A DNA stretch of 64,000 bases from Gammaproteobacteria bacterium (GTDB lineage: Bacteria > Pseudomonadota > Gammaproteobacteria > JAPPPA01). Shown here one piece after another: positions 60,653 to 64,000 of the stretch. The notes beneath the pieces were generated by a model, which did no database searches, was not told where the DNA came from, and was given only the letters and a program-made list of their open reading frames with translations. Positions within the stretch are counted from its first letter, which is position 1; each line of letters opens with the position of its first letter. A program made the position numbers and the translations under genes. The DNA lies in NCBI GenBank assembly GCA_030425645.1, contig JAUHZK010000009.1, positions 2,290 to 66,289 on the forward strand, read 5' to 3'.

Positions 60653-61915
60653 ATGCAGCTATCGGCCTTCGGGCATAAATTTAGCGCCGAATCGGGCATT
60701 GTGACGCTGATGGAGGATCTCGGGGAGGCGCTAAATAGCAACCCTGACATCCTGTTTATGGGCGGCGGCAATCCAGCCAGAATTGACGCCTTAGAGAGTC
60801 TTTTCCAGCAGCGCCTAAACGGCCTACTCGAGGATAAAGAAACGCGGCACAGCCTACTTGGCATATACCAGTCGCCACAGGGAGACAGCGAATTACTGAC
60901 GCATGTCGCCCAACTACTCAAGCAGCAATACGGTTGGAACATCAGCGCCCGCAACGTAGCCATCTCAAACGGCAGCCAAGCAGCTTTTTTCGTGCTGTTT
61001 AATTTATTTGCCGGATTACAAGCCGATGGCAGTCGCAAACGCATCCAACTACCGCTCGCGCCTGAGTATCTTGGCTATAGTGACAGCGGACTCTCAGAAC
61101 CGTTCTTTACCGCCACTCGTCCGACTCTCGAGCTACTTGAGGGAGATGCTTATGGCAACCCACAGTTTAAATACCATGTTGATTTTGAGAACCTTAAAGT
61201 CGACACCGATAGCGCCGCGCTATGCGTATCTCGCCCCACCAATCCGACCGGCAACGTCCTCACCAACGAAGAGGTCGACAAACTTGATCAGCTCGCTAAG
61301 GCCCAAGACATCCCGCTGATTATTGACGGCGCCTACGGCACCCCTTTTCCCAATATTATTTTTGAATCCGTACAGCCCCATTGGAATAACAACACCATCT
61401 TGGTGTTATCGCTCTCCAAACTTGGCCTGCCGGGCGCACGCACCGGCTTTGTGATTGCCCGCGAAGAAATTATCGAGGCCTATACGCGAGCCAATACCAT
61501 TCTGAATTTAGCCTGTGGCAATCTTGGCACCAGCCTAGGCAAAGCCTTAGTCAAACAGGGCGATTTGTTGTCTTGTAGCAACGACATCATTCGCCCGTTT
61601 TACCAGCAGAGACTTGACCACGCGCTGCGCTGCGCCAGCGAGTCACTCGCCGGAATAAGTTACAAAATTCACAAACCTGAAGGCGCCATTTTCTTATGGC
61701 TATGGTTCGATCAACTGCGCATCAGTAGCCAAACTCTGTATCAAAAGCTAAAAGAACAGGGGCTACTCGTGGTCCCAGGCGAACCCTTCTTCGTGGGTAT
61801 TGAAGAACCATGGGAACACCGCCAACAATGCCTACGGCTTAGTTACGCCCAATCTCCCGGTACCGTTAAGGAGGGTTTTGCTCTGCTTAGCCGCGTCATT
61901 AGAGAGTATCAATAA
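60653..61915 (+). CDS. avtA: Valine-pyruvate aminotransferase-like PLP enzyme (AvtA family).
   Basis: The product has a PLP-lysine context (LSLSKLGLPGARTG), is about 420 aa, and aligns with the AvtA N-terminus. Confidence 0.75.
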   Translation: MQLSAFGHKFSAESGIVTLMEDLGEALNSNPDILFMGGGNPARIDALESLFQQRLNGLLEDKETRHSLLGIYQSPQGDSELLTHVAQLLKQQYGWNISARNVAISNGSQAAFFVLFNLFAGLQADGSRKRIQLPLAPEYLGYSDSGLSEPFFTATRPTLELLEGDAYGNPQFKYHVDFENLKVDTDSAALCVSRPTNPTGNVLTNEEVDKLDQLAKAQDIPLIIDGAYGTPFPNIIFESVQPHWNNNTILVLSLSKLGLPGARTGFVIAREEIIEAYTRANTILNLACGNLGTSLGKALVKQGDLLSCSNDIIRPFYQQRLDHALRCASESLAGISYKIHKPEGAIFLWLWFDQLRISSQTLYQKLKEQGLLVVPGEPFFVGIEEPWEHRQQCLRLSYAQSPGTVKEGFALLSRVIREYQ

Positions 61916-62004
61916 TAGAAACAAAACACCTAATTGCAAACAATCGTCTTTGCATGTATTTATATTAGGCTTTGTAAGCGCTATGATTACGCCCTGAACC
62001 ACGT

Positions 62005-63855
62005 TTGGGGTACGTGATCCTTTTGTCATCTTCTACCGTAAAATCTGACCTAGTCGCCGAGGGCGCAGAAGCCATTAGCCTGCTCGACAACCCGCACAGC
62101 GTTGTCGCCGGGCTAAAAGTGCTGGTTATTGATGACGATCCGAAGGCCGCCAAATCGTTAGCCACACAGCTAAGCGACCTTAACAGCCAGTACCGGATTA
62201 CGACGATTTCAGAAACCAAGCGCATGGCCGCTGAGCTAGGGGGCGACTATGACGTGGTGTTGCTCAATTTGCAGTTGGGAGACATGACCGGACTTGAGCT
62301 GCTGAGAAACAATCTAGCAGGCTTACCGCCCTATCCCATCGTGTTGCTGACCGACGACCATAATCCAAAGCACCAACACGAAGCATTAACGCTCGGTGTC
62401 GCCGACTTTGTTCCCAAACAAGACGCCAGGCCTGAGCTGCTCGACAAGTCCATCCGCTATTGCACCAACTTGTTCAAGCAATATCGCCTGCGTGAACAAA
62501 TGTCTGCCCAAGAACAAGCACTCACCACCGACCCCAACACCGGCTTACACTCGTTACCGTATTGCTTCCAACAACTAGCGAACATGTTCCCGGCAACTGC
62601 CAGCACGGAACTCGGCGTTATCGCTCTGCAATTGCATAATATTTCAGCCGTTAATCGCGGCCTCGGTTTCGAACTAGAAAACCGAATTATTAGACACTAC
62701 AGCCAATGGCTTAAGGCACAGCTGCCAGAACATGCCATCTTGGCCAGCACCAGCAACCACCAGTTGATAGCCATTATTGACGGCTACGACGAGCAACAGC
62801 TGTGGACCCTCGGCGATCGCATTGGACGACAAAACGTTCCCTTTGACCTACGCCCGGATTGCAGCCCGTTCGCACTCACGCATAGTGTTGGCATCGCTGT
62901 CGCAACACCGATGATCACGCCTGAACGCCTGATCCAAAATGCCTTAACAGCGCTGCACACGAGTCGCATTTCTCGCACTAGCTGTCAGCGTTACAACCCT
63001 GAGCTACACAAAGGTATTGCCACGCGCTCAGTGGTGATGCGCGACATTACTCAGGCACTGCAAGACGAACTGATTCATTTCGCTATCCAACCGCAATTTA
63101 GCGTAGCCACGGCCAACTTACTGGGCGGAGAAATGCTAATGCGCTGGAAACACCCCGAGCTCGGCGATGTTGCGCCACAGTTGGTAATTGAAGTGGCCGA
63201 AGCAACCAAGCAAATCGTCGCCTTGGGCACTTATGCGCTGCGCTCAACCCTAAAGCAAATCGAGTACTGGCTAAGCCAAAATATTATCTTGCCGGGTATG
63301 CGTATTTCGGTGAATGTATCGGCGGCAGAGCTAGAGTCGCCGGGCTATTTCGCCGCCGCCAAAGCGGTGCTGGAAGAATACCGCGAAGCGGCCCAATACC
63401 TTGAGCTGGAACTAACCGAGAGCATCAAGCTATTTGACCCACAAAAAACTGGCCGCCAACTAAGCGAACTCAAACCCTATGGCGTATCGATCGCGATCGA
63501 CGACTTTGGCACTGCTCACGCCAACTTAAGCCAGCTATGCTACATCGAAGCCAATACCGTCAAGCTCGACAAGAGCATTATTTACGCTGCCGACGAAACA
63601 CAGCGCGCCCGCAGCATTTACCGATCTATCCGTAAAATGTTGCATGCCATCGGCACCAAAATCGTAGCCGAGGGCATTGAAACAACCACCCAAATGCAGC
63701 TAGCACGAGATATCGGCATTGATATTGTGCAAGGATTCTTTCTCTCAGAGCCACTGTCGCTAGCGGACTTCAAAATGCTACTCGAGCAACTCCGAGACCA
63801 GCAACAGGCGCATATCGCTCTACACGGGCAAACACCGCCAACTCCCGAAAGCTAA
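62005..63855 (+). CDS. Response-regulator receiver protein with a degenerate GGDEF domain and an EAL domain (putative c-di-GMP phosphodiesterase).
   Basis: The REC domain carries LKVLVIDDD. The GGDEF position reads STSNHQLIAI, which is degenerate. The EAL domain has EMLMRW, ELELTES, DDFGTAHANLSQL and KLDKSII. The start is uncertain; a GTG at 62014 is possible. Confidence 0.8.
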   Translation: MGYVILLSSSTVKSDLVAEGAEAISLLDNPHSVVAGLKVLVIDDDPKAAKSLATQLSDLNSQYRITTISETKRMAAELGGDYDVVLLNLQLGDMTGLELLRNNLAGLPPYPIVLLTDDHNPKHQHEALTLGVADFVPKQDARPELLDKSIRYCTNLFKQYRLREQMSAQEQALTTDPNTGLHSLPYCFQQLANMFPATASTELGVIALQLHNISAVNRGLGFELENRIIRHYSQWLKAQLPEHAILASTSNHQLIAIIDGYDEQQLWTLGDRIGRQNVPFDLRPDCSPFALTHSVGIAVATPMITPERLIQNALTALHTSRISRTSCQRYNPELHKGIATRSVVMRDITQALQDELIHFAIQPQFSVATANLLGGEMLMRWKHPELGDVAPQLVIEVAEATKQIVALGTYALRSTLKQIEYWLSQNIILPGMRISVNVSAAELESPGYFAAAKAVLEEYREAAQYLELELTESIKLFDPQKTGRQLSELKPYGVSIAIDDFGTAHANLSQLCYIEANTVKLDKSIIYAADETQRARSIYRSIRKMLHAIGTKIVAEGIETTTQMQLARDIGIDIVQGFFLSEPLSLADFKMLLEQLRDQQQAHIALHGQTPPTPES

Positions 63856-63859
63856 AGCG

Positions 63860-64000
63860 CTAGCTCTTCCATTTAATAGAGCAGCCCATGCTCGGCACCT
63901 GTTCAGCAGGACCACGGCCGGTTTCAGCGACCGCCAGCATGGCTTCAAGCAGCTCCCGCGGTGCGTCATCCGGCGCCGCGTTTCGGCCGCTTGCATCTAA
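63860..64000 (-). CDS. C-terminal fragment of an unidentified minus-strand gene that runs off the right edge of the window.
   Basis: An open minus-strand frame (…AMLAVAETGRGPAEQVPSMGCSIKWKS*) has no stop until 63860. It is too short to assign. Confidence 0.3.
   Translation of the reverse strand, partial: LDASGRNAAPDDAPRELLEAMLAVAETGRGPAEQVPSMGCSIKWKS

Overview
The window looks like a gammaproteobacterial chromosome with Pseudomonas-like gene order. A roughly 8 kb accessory segment on the left is joined to conserved core blocks.

Core blocks, left to right:
- Type IV pilus minor-pilin operon fimT/fimU-pilV-pilW-pilX-pilY1-pilE (8.06-15.73 kb, minus strand).
- ispH-lspA-ileS-ribF-murJ (minus strand) and rpsT (plus strand), 15.87-23.2 kb.
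- proB-obg-rpmA-rplU (minus strand), then a UbiB/ABC1-type kinase gene divergent from ispB.
- An OmpA-family gene, a divergent ilvH / ilvI pair, proS, and a DyP-type peroxidase gene.
- A four-gene operon of unknown function (small membrane protein, DinB_2-like protein, ATP-grasp protein, DoxX-like protein; 36.57-39.13 kb), divergent from an FMN glutamate-synthase-like gene and a Na+/H+ antiporter gene.
- A class-V aminotransferase gene, fabI, an Na+/dicarboxylate symporter gene and ppiD.
- tRNA-Asp(GTC) and tRNA-Val(TAC), then hupB, lon, clpX, clpP and tig.
- tRNA-Leu(TAG), then pgk, epd/gap and tkt.
- A saccharopine-dehydrogenase-like gene, an avtA-like aminotransferase gene, and a REC-(degenerate GGDEF)-EAL protein gene.

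Accessory segment (positions 1-8060). It is visibly AT-richer than the core and sits directly downstream of pilE. It carries:
- A complete Type I restriction-modification system. hsdR runs off the left edge; hsdS and hsdM follow.
- A co-oriented serine recombinase gene (resolvase or invertase family) immediately upstream of hsdM.
- An AT-rich, repeat-dense 165-nt region that may be a res or gix recombination site.
- A divergently transcribed 429-aa protein with a coiled-coil and two transmembrane helices and no recognisable family.
- A 550-nt non-coding junction.

The two parts I would look at first for new biology are this island (recombinase plus unknown membrane protein) and the unannotated four-gene membrane / DinB / ATP-grasp / DoxX operon. 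I found no CRISPR array, no transposase and no obvious prophage.
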